A DNA stretch of 64,000 nt, taken from the NCBI RefSeq assembly GCF_006345805.1, contig NC_043001.1, positions 81,468,001-81,532,000 of the forward strand, read 5' to 3'. Shown in pieces: positions 38,477 through 49,405 of this stretch (position 1 is the first letter of the stretch; each line of letters starts with the position of its first letter). The stretch is from Octopus sinensis (taxonomy: Eukaryota). The translations under genes were made by a program, and so were the position numbers. The notes below the pieces were generated by a model that saw only the letters and a list, made by a program, of their open reading frames with translations, had not been told where the DNA came from and made no database searches.

Positions 38477-39021
38477 AAAAATAAGTAAATATAAGTATAG
38501 ATATAGACTACATCTTACAGCTGTTTCGGCCATGCAGATAAGTATGTCTCGTAGTTATAAATGAGCTCATTTATAACTACGAGACATACTTATCTGCATG
38601 GCCGAAACAGCTGTAAGATGTAGTATATATCTATACTTATATTTACTTATTTTTATATTATCTTATGCATATTGTACTTACTGTATAACATTACTCCTTT
38701 ATGTACACTCCTTTATGTACACTATTTTGTTCTACTTTATTATGTTTGTCCTTACAGTTTCTTATGTGGTAGTTTAATAAAGTATGTGATTGGGTATTAT
38801 CTGGTAATCGATATTTGATTTAGATGTATTTCTCCATTTTCTTATTTTGTATTATGAATTTGTGGTAAAACATTTTACATTTGCCCATATAATACAGTAA
38901 GTGAATTAATTGCATCACAATTATTAACATTTATGTATTAACTTTGTTGGGTACTTAACTAGCAGTAGATTGGATATATGTTATCCCATGGAGGGTTGCA
39001 TTTACAACCCCTATCTCAATT

Positions 39022-39023
<2 letters not shown>
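38477..39023. mobile_element. Family X/Y element headed by a near-perfect 178-bp palindrome (38477-38654) with a hammerhead 3' half
   Basis: 89-bp arms with 1 mismatch, centred on GAG|CTC at 38565/6; the right arm contains GGCC-GAAACAGCTGTA-AGAT. Confidence 0.8.
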
Positions 39024-39101
<78 letters not shown>

Positions 39102-39789
39102 CATGTATGCATGTTGTATATTTGTTTCTTGTGTTTGTGCAATGTTTGTCGTCCCTTTGACAACTGTTGTTGGTTTGTTTGCGTCTCCGTAACTTAGCGG
39201 GAGTTCAAATTCGGAGCATTTATATTCCGTTGTCTCTAGTCGATCGTGAACATTGTAGAAAACAACCAGTAATATCCTGATGTCAATCAGCGCTATTCCA
39301 CTATGGCTTTGTTCCTAATGAAGCCAAATATATATATATATATACACATACATACATACATACATACATACATACATACATACATACATACATACATACA
39401 TACATACATACATACATGCATGCATGCATGCATACATACATACATACATACATACATATGTGTGTGTATGTGAGTGTTTGTGTGTGTGTGTATTTGTGTG
39501 TGTTTGCATGTATTCACTTATATATCTATGAGTTTGTCTTTGTATCTATGTTTGTACTCGCCACCACCCGTTCCACCTGCGCGTCCTCTCCGCATATTTC
39601 AGTGACTGAGCGGTTTGACAAAAGAAACTAATAGAACAGCTAACAGATTAAAAAAGAAACAAACAAAACCAGAAGTCCTGGTGTCGATTTGTTCGACTAA
39701 AACCCTTCAAGGCGGTGCCCCAGCATCGGCGAAATCCAATGAGTGAAACAATGGAAGCCTAGTTGTTAAGTCCATCAATAGTTACCCCA

Positions 39790-39834
39790 TCTTTACTTGC
39801 CACACACAAACACACAGATATACACATGCATACA

Positions 39835-39875
<41 letters not shown>

Positions 39876-40815
39876 ACACATACACATATAGAAACGCACG
39901 CACATACACGCAATATACATATATATGCGTACACAAAGACACGCTTATAACAACGCACATATACTTATACATACACACACATAACGCAGCACATGCATGC
40001 ATTTACATACACGTACACACGTACACATAACACTGCACAAACACAAACATAATGCAGCACACATATACATATGCTCAACCAAACACACACACCATGTCAA
40101 ACTACATCTCACACACATTTACATATTAGCACACTATCATAAACTCATAATCATACACATATATACACGCACACTACTCGCAAATAGACACACATTAATG
40201 AACACCCAAACACGCACGCACGCACACGCACACACGTGCGTGCGCATTCTGATATACAACTCTCTGACACAATCTTTTTATATCTCTCTCTCTTTTCTTC
40301 TCTCTCTCTGTCTCCCTCTATTCTCTCTTTCTCGCACACTCTCTGACACACCGTCTCTCTTATACACACAATCTCTCCCTTCCCCTCCCTCTTTTTCTTT
40401 CTCTCTCTCTCTCTTTCATACACACACACATATACACATACACACATATACACACACATATACGTACATACATATATACACACACATATACACACACTCT
40501 CTCTTTCTCAACTCTCCATACATTTTCTGTCACAATTTCGCTCACTTTTCGTCTCTCTCTCTCCCTCTCTTTTTTTTCTCTCCCTCCCACTCACTCTTTC
40601 TCTCTCCCACTCACTCTTTCTCTCTCCCACTCACTCTTTCTCTCTCTCTCTCTCTATCTTTCTCTCTCTCTCCCTTTCTCTCTCTCACACACACTGTCAT
40701 TCTTCCTCTCCCTCTCTGCTTCACACAATTTCTGTTTCTTTCCACCTGCCCCTTCCCTCTCTTCTCTTTCTCTCTCACTCACACACATTCTCTCCACCTC
40801 TCCCATGAGACACAC
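39790..40815. repeat. Degenerate (CA)n then (CT)n low-complexity tract
   Basis: Direct inspection. Confidence 0.9.
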
Positions 40816-41324
40816 TCCCATGAGACGTCAAAGCGCCCCCTGTCATTAGTTGTCGGTATTTTTCTTGCCAAGTAGCCATTTGACAGGAAACGAAAAGATG
40901 ATAATTTGGGCTCGAAATTATCGGAAGACGTGTAGAACGAAACAACTTAACAACTTCGAAATCCCACATTTCTTCATCTCCAGGAAACGGACCATTTTCC
41001 ATTAGTTAGGGAGCCTGTTTGCTGCATTCGAAGTAATCTGGATTCTGTTAAACTGTTCTAGATTGAAAGATACAATATCTGATTCAAGAGTTCGGTTCCT
41101 GCTGCGAAACATTCGATTGTTTCCATGGACAAACAAAACGAATAATTTCTATTGGCATTGGTTTATCATGCAAAGAATTCGGCACCAATGTGTCTGAGAA
41201 AGACAAGAGCTACATCAAACCAGCGGTTAATATTTCAGTAGCCAGAACCAAATACACATTTCTCATGCTATTTATGATTTCTAAAGTTGCCTTTTATCCT
41301 CAAAGCAAAATGATAAGAAGTCTA

Positions 41325-42132
41325 TTTATTTTAGGTACTAGGTCTGAAATTTTATGAGGAGAGGCAAGTCAATTACATCGAACCCAGTGCATAACTGGTA
41401 CTTATTTTATCGAACCCGAATTTGAACTCAGAATGTAAAGACGGACGAAATATCGCCATACCTTTTGCGAGAGATTCTTGCAGCTCATCACCTTATCAGC
41501 AGCAGCAGCAGCGGCAGCAGCAGCAGCAGCAATGATAATAATAATAATAATAATAATAATATTCTAGTAAACAACAACTATAATAATCCTAGTTAATTTA
41601 TCGACTCTAAAAGGATGAAAGACAAAGTCGACCTCGGCGGAATTTGAACTCAGAATGTACCGACATACGAAATACCTATTTCTTTACTACCCACAAAGGG
41701 CTAAACACAGAGAGGACAAACAAGGACAGACAAACGGATTAAGTTGATTACATCGACCTTAGTGCGTAATTGGTACTTAACTTATCGACCCTGAAAGGAT
41801 GAAAAACAAAGTCGACCTCGGCGGAATTTGAACTCAGAACGTAACGGCAGACGAAATACGACCACGTATTTCGCCCGGCGCGCTAATGTATCTGCCAGCT
41901 CGCCGCCTTTAATAATAATCCTTTCCACTATAGGCATAAAGCCTGAAATTTTGGAGTGAAGAGGATAGTCGATTGCATCGACCCCAGTGCGAAACTGGTA
42001 CTTTTTTTATCGACCCTGAAAGGATGAAAGGCAAAGTCGGCCTCGGCAGAATTTGAACTCAGAAAGTAGCGACAGGCGAATCTCCGCTTAGCATTTCGTC
42101 TAGCTCACTAATGATTCTGCCAGCTCGCCGCC
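41325..42132 (-). mobile_element. SINE-A cluster/multimer with (CAG)n(ATA)n
   Basis: Same junction at about 41668; several cores. Confidence 0.85.
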
Positions 42133-42142
42133 AGGGTCAAAC

Positions 42143-42242
42143 NNNNNNNNNNNNNNNNNNNNNNNNNNNNNNNNNNNNNNNNNNNNNNNNNNNNNNNNNN
42201 NNNNNNNNNNNNNNNNNNNNNNNNNNNNNNNNNNNNNNNNNN
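42143..42242. other. Assembly gap (100 N)
   Basis: Run of 100 n. Confidence 1.
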
Positions 42243-42311
42243 GTGCGTGCGTGTGTGGGTGTGTATGTGTGCGTGTGTGTGTGTGTACATATATACATAT
42301 ACATACAAACA

Positions 42312-42359
<48 letters not shown>

Positions 42360-42823
42360 ATATAAATATAAAATACACTTTAATTGAAATACTGTTTCCC
42401 CAAAATTAAACATATCTAATATAATAAATGGAGGCTTGAAAAGGGCGAAAAAACATATATATATATAATAAATGTGAACGTCAATGTGTCCTAGAGGCCG
42501 TAGCCCAACATATCATACCATTTCAGAATTAGGTTGACTCCGTGAGTAAATTAAAAACATTCCGGGTCGAACACGGACCTGCAATCCTGAAATTTTGGAG
42601 TCGTATTCTCTCTCTCTCTCTTTTACTCTTTTACTTGTTTCAGTCATTTGACTACGGCCATGCTGGAGCACCGCCTTTAGTCGAGCAAATCGACTCCGGG
42701 ACTTATTCTTTGTAAGCCCAGTACTTATTCTATCGGTCTCTTTTTGCCGAACCGCTAAGTGACGGCGACGTAAACACACCAGCACGGTTGTCAAGCAAAG
42801 CTAGGGGGACAAACACAGACACA

Positions 42824-42935
<112 letters not shown>

Positions 42936-43377
42936 TATATACGACGGGCTTCTTTCGGTTTCCGTCTACCAAATCCACTCACAAGGCTTTGGTCGGCCGA
43001 GGCTATAGCAGAAGACACTATAGAAAGAAGCCCGTCCTATATATATGTATGTATATATCTGTGTGTCTTTGTGTCGGTGTTTAACCCCTACCCCCATCAC
43101 CGCTTGACAACCGGTGTTGATGTGTTTACGTCCCCGATAGAATAAGTACCAAGCTTTAAAAAATAAAGTCCTGGGATTTTGTTTAACTAAAACCCTTCAA
43201 GGCGATGCTCCGGCATAGAGGTAGTCAAATGACTGAAACCAGTAAAAGAGATAATCCAAATCTATTTTTGAGGTACGAACCCAACAGCTTACTTTAGCTT
43301 ACTTCATTAAATAAACAAAATGTTTTCACATAATTTACGCATCTTTAAATTTGCATTTTAATATTTTTTATAAAATA

Positions 43378-43992
43378 TGGGCGTAGGAGTGGCTGTGTGG
43401 TAAGTAGCTTGCTTACCAACCACATGGTTCCGGGTTCAGACCCACTGCGTGGCGCCTTGGACAGGTGTCTTCTACTGTAGCCTCGGGTCGACCAAAGCCT
43501 TGCGAGTGGATTTGGTAGACGGAAACTGAAAGAAGCCCGTTGTATATATGTATGTATATATGTGTGTATGTTTGTGTGTCTGTGTTTGTCCCCCCAGCAT
43601 CGCTTGACAACCGATGCTGGTGTGTTTACGTCCCCGTAACTTAGCGGTTCAGACCCACTGCGTGACGCCTTGGGCATGTGTCTTCTACTGTAGCCTCGGG
43701 CTGACCAAAGCCTTGCGAGTGGATTTGGTAGACGGAAACTGAAAGAAGCCCGTTGTATATATGTATGTATGTATGTGTGTATGTTTGTGTGTCTGTGTTT
43801 GCCCCCCCCCCCCCCAGCATCGCTTGACAACCGAAGCTGGTGTGTTTACGTCCCCGTAACTTAGCGGTTCGGCAACAGAGACTTATAGAATAAGTACTAG
43901 GCTTACAAAGAATAAGTCCTGGGGTCGATTTGCTCGACTAAAGGCGGTGCTCCAGCATGGCCACAGTCAAATGACTGAAACAAGTAAAAGAA
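43378..43992 (+). mobile_element. SINE family B (head ggagtggctgtgtggtaag; internal microsatellite) with an internal ~215-bp duplication
   Basis: Segment agacccactgcgtg...gtaacttagcggttc is present twice. Confidence 0.9.
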
Positions 43993-44147
43993 ATAGAACT
44001 AAGAGAAAGTAATACACTTATAAATAGACTTACAATCTATCGACTAAAACTTCAGTGCATGCTTCAATGTTCGGAACTGGCAGGAAAGTGGAGTCCACAG
44101 AGAAACAGCTAAGATATGAAATTCTTGTACCAGACATGGTGAAAGAA

Positions 44148-44153
44148 TTTATT
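44148..44153 (-). terminator. Candidate polyadenylation signal AATAAA for the BTB gene
   Basis: AATAAA on the minus strand about 725 nt after the 44877 stop, followed by U/GU-rich sequence. Confidence 0.25.
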
Positions 44154-44656
44154 GGGGTGAAGCGCTGACACGTTACTTTTATCAAACTTCTCAGGTGTAT
44201 GAAGCGATTTGTAACTTGGAACCCTGAATCAACTGAAAAAGAAATAAGTCGTATTAAAGATCATAATGGATGGAAAGTGATCCGATGTGTCAGAAGACTA
44301 TGATTGTTGCTAGGAGTGTTGCTATCGTGTTTTGAAAGGCTGTGAGTACGGTGGATTGGTAATAGGTGTCCCTTTTTTGGGGTGGGGGTGGGGGGGGGAA
44401 TACATTGTAGCATGGTTCTAAAAATTGATACAGGACATTGTAGCGAGTAAATAATTTGAAAGTATGGGGCAACGATGAGGGTCGGCTTTGGGTAGGGCTT
44501 GGGCGCTTGTTTTAAGGGTTATAAGAGAAGACAATGTTAGAGCTAAAGCCTTTTTGGCTTGAAGCGGCGAATTTCTCGTATTTGGTGTGCTTGTGTGTAT
44601 GGTGAAGAGGGATGGTTATTATGAGGGTATTCAGTAGTAGTAGTAGTAGTAGTAGC

Positions 44657-44720
<64 letters not shown>

Positions 44721-44794
44721 ACAATAACATAATTGAGGTAACAAATTAATGATAAATTACAAAAGCATTAGTTTCTAAATGTCCAAATATCAGA

Positions 44795-44843
<49 letters not shown>

Positions 44844-44876
44844 TATATATATATATATAGTTTCGTTCCGTTTCGT

Positions 44877-45479
44877 TCATTCATCACCCTCACCCTCGTC
44901 GGTGTAATTCGACGATTCTGTGTCGCTCGCTTCAGAATCCGAATGAATTCTATGTTTTGTAGTCACCCAACGAATCTTGTGATGTGTGCCTTTCGGAGAA
45001 TTCGTTACATAGACACTAACCACTGGATGACTTTTCCGTTTCTTTCTTGTTAACTCATCCTCGCCAGATTCAGAGATTGTCAACGAAACCGTGTTTGAAT
45101 GATCTTCACATTCTCCTTCTTCTCCTCCGCCTCCTTCTCTTACTTCTGCAGTTCTTTCAGTTTCTTCACCGTCTCCTCCTCTTAGCTCTACAGTTCTTTC
45201 GGCTTTTTCTCGGGTTCCTCCACTTAGTTCTTCAGTTTCTTCTGCTCCTTCTCCACCTCCTTCTCTTAGCTCTACAGCTCTTTCGGCTTTTTCTCGGGCT
45301 CCTCCACTTAGTTCTTCAGTTTCTTCTGCTCCTTCTCCACTTCCTTCTCTTAGCTCTACAGCTCTTTTGGCTTTTTCTCGGGCTCCTCCACTTAGTTCTT
45401 CGCTTTCTTCTGCTTCTTCTCCACCTCCTTCTCTTAGCTCTACAGTTCTTTCGGCTTTTTCTCGGGTTCCTCCATTTAG
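44877..45479 (-). CDS. Probable true C-terminal continuation of the BTB-BACK protein after frameshift(s): further 28-aa repeats, then ...TISESGEDELTRKKRKSH...SDSEASDTESSNYTDEGEGDE*
   Basis: The frame starting at 45479 is stop-free to TGA at 44877-44879 and encodes the same REKAERTVELREGGGEEAEETEELSGG repeat. One repeat unit (about 45440-45535) is 11 nt longer than the 84-bp unit, including two +1 insertions. Confidence 0.72.
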   Translation of the reverse strand, partial: LNGGTREKAERTVELREGGGEEAEESEELSGGAREKAKRAVELREGSGEGAEETEELSGGAREKAERAVELREGGGEGAEETEELSGGTREKAERTVELRGGDGEETERTAEVREGGGGEEGECEDHSNTVSLTISESGEDELTRKKRKSHPVVSVYVTNSPKGTHHKIRWVTTKHRIHSDSEASDTESSNYTDEGEGDE

Positions 45480-45845
45480 TTTTCCTGCTTTCTTCTGCTT
45501 CTTCTCCTCCTCCCACCCCTTCTCTTAGTCTCTACTACAGTTCTTTCGGCTTTTTCTCGGGCTCCTCCACTTAGTTCTTCAGTTTTTTCTGCTTCTTCTC
45601 CACCTCCTTCTCTTAGCTCTACAGTTCTTTCGGCTTTTTCTCGGGTTCCTCCACTTAGTTCTTCAGTTCCTTCTGCTTCTTCTCCACCTCCTTCTCTTAG
45701 CTCTACAGTTTGTTCGGCTTTTTCTCTGGACCCTCCGCTTATTTTTACAGTTTTTTCTGCTTCTGCTTCTGCTCCACCTCCTTCTCTTAGCTCTACAGTT
45801 CTTTCGGCTTCTTTTCCGCCTCCTCCTCTTACTCCTCTTACGTTT
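45140..45845 (-). repeat. Coding minisatellite, 84-bp / 28-aa unit, about 8 units plus degenerate flanks
   Basis: The + strand motif ctctacag(t/c)tctttcggc recurs at about 84-bp spacing (45186, 45270, 45354, 45438, about 45533, 45618, 45702, about 45792). Confidence 0.9.
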
Positions 45846-47977
45846 GCAGATTTTCCCGCTTCTTCTATACTTCCTCTTGTTTGTTCTGAAAATTTTTCAG
45901 CTTTTTCTTGACCTCCTTCTGTTAGTTTTTCCAGTATTTTAACAAAACTATCGCTCTCATTTACAGCAGCATCAGGGGTAGCTTTCATATTTGGCTCAGT
46001 CTTTGTTTCTACTTTTATTGGTAATACATTTTCTTCGTTTTGCGGACGATTTTTCAGTCTGTCAAAAATTTGATCCATATCGTTTAAAAGTCTTTCTGCT
46101 TTCTCTCTCAATTCAATGCAGTTCTCCCTTCTCGGTGAGTTAATCTGTGGCGGTATTCCAGTGTTAGGATAACTCACATTAGTTGAACAAGAAGTCAGTG
46201 GCATCCCAACTTTTACCAATATTCCATCTTTAGTTTTCACCTGGTCACTGACACTTAACATTGAAGTCGTACTCTCTGATCCAAGCTCAGTAGCTCTCTG
46301 CTGCATCCTCTGTACGTTCATTAAGATCGTCTCCACCTTTTCTATCGTTGAAATATTCGCATCTTTGTCCCGTTCAATTATATTCTCATTTGATAATACC
46401 ATTCTCGGACTTTCTGAGCCATACACGGTGCTCAACCTGTCACATATTCTGTTCACATCTTTTAGAAGTCTCTCCACTTTATCTATTGTATTTGAATCGC
46501 TGTTTGAACTTGTACTCGGAACTAAAGGCAATTTCTTACCCACATTTATGTCCGTCTGCAATGCGAAATCTCCAGTGCCAGTTTCTTTTGATGTTGAAGA
46601 TTCGGTCTTGAAAATGTTATTCAAAATACATACATTTTTATTATCCGCTGAAGCCAACATACTTCCGATTCTACCGTCGGAATTTAAAGTCACTGAACTC
46701 ATCATTCGTATACGTTCAGTTCCATCACCACGATTTAAATGTTGTAATGACAAACTTCGCTCGATTTCATTCGGCAAACATGGAAAATCATCACAAGTCT
46801 TTAAGAGCCAGTCTGTATAGGCCTCCAAGCACTGATTCTGCCTCGTGGAAGAATCATCGTTAGATTTTATTTCTAGATCACAAACAGGTTTTTTATCTGT
46901 ATGTCCAGTCCAGGTCACTGCATTATCAATCACTTGATAATCTGGAGGGTCACCTCTGATTAGTGTCCGAGCTTCCGGTGAAAAACACCACAGAACAGGT
47001 TTAGATGGTATTTTGTACATTGAATTACCGCGGTTGAGTAAGAAATGATCCATATTCATACCTGTCCGCGTTTTTTCCAGACTGATACCATGTGGTTCGG
47101 GTTTTCGCGGTTTACAATCTGCGCATTTTGCTATGCGATGAAGGTTTCCATTCTTACAGATGGAATCAATGACGGGACAATGTGATAAAACATCCTGATA
47201 ATAATCTTTTGTTAATCCACTCATCAAAGGTAAGATATTCAGCTCAGTTCCACTCATCATATGAAATCTAACGGTTTTCACTAATCTTTGGAAATGATTT
47301 GACCTGTTTACTACGTCATAATATATCCACTTAAGTATTCCATCCAAAACCTGGATCTCCCATTCAACCACTAAACTATCATGTGAAAGTAAGTAGTTGA
47401 CCTTATTGACACTTAGCCTGTCGAACAGATCGTGTTTATAGACTTTCTGGTAATTGTACAGGATATAATTTATGGCACTTCGAAAGACCTTGTTACATGG
47501 AGGATTAGGTTCAATTTCAATGATGGCCATTGCTTCCTCAATGCTCATTTCCTTAATAAAATTTCGGCATAGGTTCAATACACTGTCCATTTCCAACTTC
47601 TGAGCAGCCATTGATATTGATGTGATATTACAGACGTCAATATTGATCTTTCCTGTATAGACGTAATCCAATAGGTTCTGGAATGTATCTGGATCGATGT
47701 CGTTTAATTTCAAGAAGAGTTGTCTGTTTAATTTGTCCTGTTGTTGTATCAGCCTCTTAAATGCTCTACTGTGACAAGCGAGTATCGTCTGGTGAGCGGA
47801 GAAGATTCGGTCGGCTACTTTTATAGTAATGTTACACAGATATTCCGTTGAGCGAAACATTTGCATCATCATGCAAGTATTCATAGTCTGGTTTAGAGCT
47901 TTGTTGTCAACTGTCGTAGGTTCAGTAGTGCCGATTAAAGCCGGCGGGTCTTGATGCTTGGATTCAACAGATCCCAT
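45476..47977 (-). CDS. BTB/POZ-BACK domain protein without Kelch repeats (putative Cullin-3 adaptor-like); single coding exon; low-complexity and tandem-repeat C-terminal half
   Basis: 833-codon ORF of normal complexity. BTB signature (CNITIKVADRIFSAHQTILACHSRAF...TFQNLLDYVYTGKI...AAQKLEM..V...C.NFI) is followed by BACK (LSVNKVNYLLSHDSLVVEWEIQVLDGILKWIYYD..NR..HFQRLVKTVRF). An in-frame TAA lies immediately before the ATG. No GG-Y-W Kelch repeats are visible. Confidence 0.92.
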   Translation of the reverse strand: MGSVESKHQDPPALIGTTEPTTVDNKALNQTMNTCMMMQMFRSTEYLCNITIKVADRIFSAHQTILACHSRAFKRLIQQQDKLNRQLFLKLNDIDPDTFQNLLDYVYTGKINIDVCNITSISMAAQKLEMDSVLNLCRNFIKEMSIEEAMAIIEIEPNPPCNKVFRSAINYILYNYQKVYKHDLFDRLSVNKVNYLLSHDSLVVEWEIQVLDGILKWIYYDVVNRSNHFQRLVKTVRFHMMSGTELNILPLMSGLTKDYYQDVLSHCPVIDSICKNGNLHRIAKCADCKPRKPEPHGISLEKTRTGMNMDHFLLNRGNSMYKIPSKPVLWCFSPEARTLIRGDPPDYQVIDNAVTWTGHTDKKPVCDLEIKSNDDSSTRQNQCLEAYTDWLLKTCDDFPCLPNEIERSLSLQHLNRGDGTERIRMMSSVTLNSDGRIGSMLASADNKNVCILNNIFKTESSTSKETGTGDFALQTDINVGKKLPLVPSTSSNSDSNTIDKVERLLKDVNRICDRLSTVYGSESPRMVLSNENIIERDKDANISTIEKVETILMNVQRMQQRATELGSESTTSMLSVSDQVKTKDGILVKVGMPLTSCSTNVSYPNTGIPPQINSPRRENCIELREKAERLLNDMDQIFDRLKNRPQNEENVLPIKVETKTEPNMKATPDAAVNESDSFVKILEKLTEGGQEKAEKFSEQTRGSIEEAGKSANVRGVRGGGGKEAERTVELREGGGAEAEAEKTVKISGGSREKAEQTVELREGGGEEAEGTEELSGGTREKAERTVELREGGGEEAEKTEELSGGAREKAERTVVETKRRGGRRRRSRRKQEN

Positions 47978-47994
47978 TTAATACAAATGAATGA

Positions 47995-48020
47995 CTAAAG
48001 TAATAAGAAGACAGACAGAC
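47995..48020 (-). promoter_or_regulatory. Candidate 3' splice acceptor 17 nt upstream of the BTB ATG (implies an untranslated upstream exon)
   Basis: Minus strand reads ctgtctgtcttcttattactttAG|TCATTCATTTGTATTAA-ATG, a pyrimidine tract plus AG. No matching donor was identified. Confidence 0.4.
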
Positions 48021-48024
48021 AGAT

Positions 48025-48112
<88 letters not shown>
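48021..48112. repeat. (GATA)n microsatellite just upstream of the BTB gene. Other pure SSRs: (TAA)n 21604-21666, (TTC)n 25343-25381, (TAG)n 44634-44720, many (TA)n/(CA)n/(TACA)n
   Basis: Direct inspection. Confidence 0.95.
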
Positions 48113-48113
<1 letters not shown>

Positions 48114-48199
48114 GACGGGTTGTGTGGGGCTAAGAGTTTTGTGTGTACGTGTGAGTATATTTGTTAAAATATGAGACTTTCGAATGCTTCTAGAAAATC

Positions 48200-49070
48200 T
48201 CTGTAGGTCAAGCGTTGAGTTTAGCCCAAGATGGCTGCCAAAAGTGAGATAAATCGAGAGAGAGTGATTTACTATTGCAACAGTAGCGCAAAAATAGGGA
48301 TATTGACAAAAATCTATTATTATATAATGCTCGTTGCCAATTTTCTGTTAGAAAGAGTGTCTTTTTAGAGTCATACTAAAAAGTTCATTTTGTTTGCGTG
48401 TGTATATATATATATATATATATATCTGTGATTGAGTGTGTGCAAGTGTGAGTGTATGCGCGGACGCGCATGTATGTGTGTATGTGTGTGAATATATGTA
48501 GGTAAGTAGGTAGTACTTGATTCTGCGTTTCTAATACGTATGTATGTATATGTATTTAAATATTTTTGCCCTTGTTTCAGTCATGCTAGGTAACATAAAG
48601 TGGGATTCGTGTATTATCATTCTAATGCGTATCTATATATACATTGTGTATGTGTGTGTACGTCTGTTATGTTATGAATGTGTGTATATATGTGTGTATG
48701 TTTTTATGTACGTATGAAAATTCCTTCAGACTCCACCAGAATATATCACGAACTCCTTGATATTGCATAAAGCCATACGATTAAACGATCCAAGACATTG
48801 TGTTCTTTCTTTCTTTCAATGATTCTTCAAAATATGCAAACAGTTCAAAACCGAAATAAAATATTCAATTTAAACAGAAACAAAACAAAACAAAAAGAAA
48901 AGCAGTGAAAGAAATATCGAGTTACACCGCGTGTACCTCTTTTAAAGCGCTCTGCTTTTGAATGTCTGTGATAGCCGCGTGACATGTGTGGCGCGAAATT
49001 TCTAAGTATTTTCCATAGTTACCAATAACGTATACCTCGCGAGTCGTCATCACTCGTTCGCTATTTTACT
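48200..49070. promoter_or_regulatory. Candidate proximal promoter of the BTB gene (YY1-like CAAGATGGCTGCC at 48227-48239; E2F-like TGGCGCGAAA at 48989-48998)
   Basis: Motif matches in non-repetitive, CpG-retaining patches upstream of the ATG. Confidence 0.3.
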
Positions 49071-49405
49071 TTCAGACACTTTTCGTTTTATTATTCATGT
49101 TGTGTGTATATGTGTGTGTTGTGTGTGTGGTGTGTGTGTGTGTGTGTGTGTCTACATACATACATACATACGTACGTACGTACATACATACATAATACAT
49201 ACATACATACATACATTCATGCATGCATGCATGCATGCATACATACATACATACATACATTACATACATACACATACATACATGCATACATGCATACATT
49301 ACATATATACATACTTACACACACACACATACATATATATACATGTGTGTATGTGTCTGTGTATATATATATGTGTGTGTGTGTGTGTGTGGTGTGTGTG
49401 TGTGT

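Noticed and set aside
39997-40875. 292-aa H/T/L/S-rich ORF
   Set aside because: Translation of (CA)n/(CT)n low-complexity DNA; the same applies to the many YI/CV/HT/MYVC ORFs.
42100-42413. ORFs spanning the N run
   Set aside because: Artefacts of the assembly gap.
45480-45540. Programmed ribosomal frameshift in the BTB gene
   Set aside because: Two separate shifts would be needed and no slippery heptamer or pseudoknot is evident; indel error or a mutated unit is simpler.
45047-45574. 175-aa Leu/Phe-rich plus-strand ORF (membrane-protein-like)
   Set aside because: Antisense shadow of the Glu/Gly-rich coding repeat.
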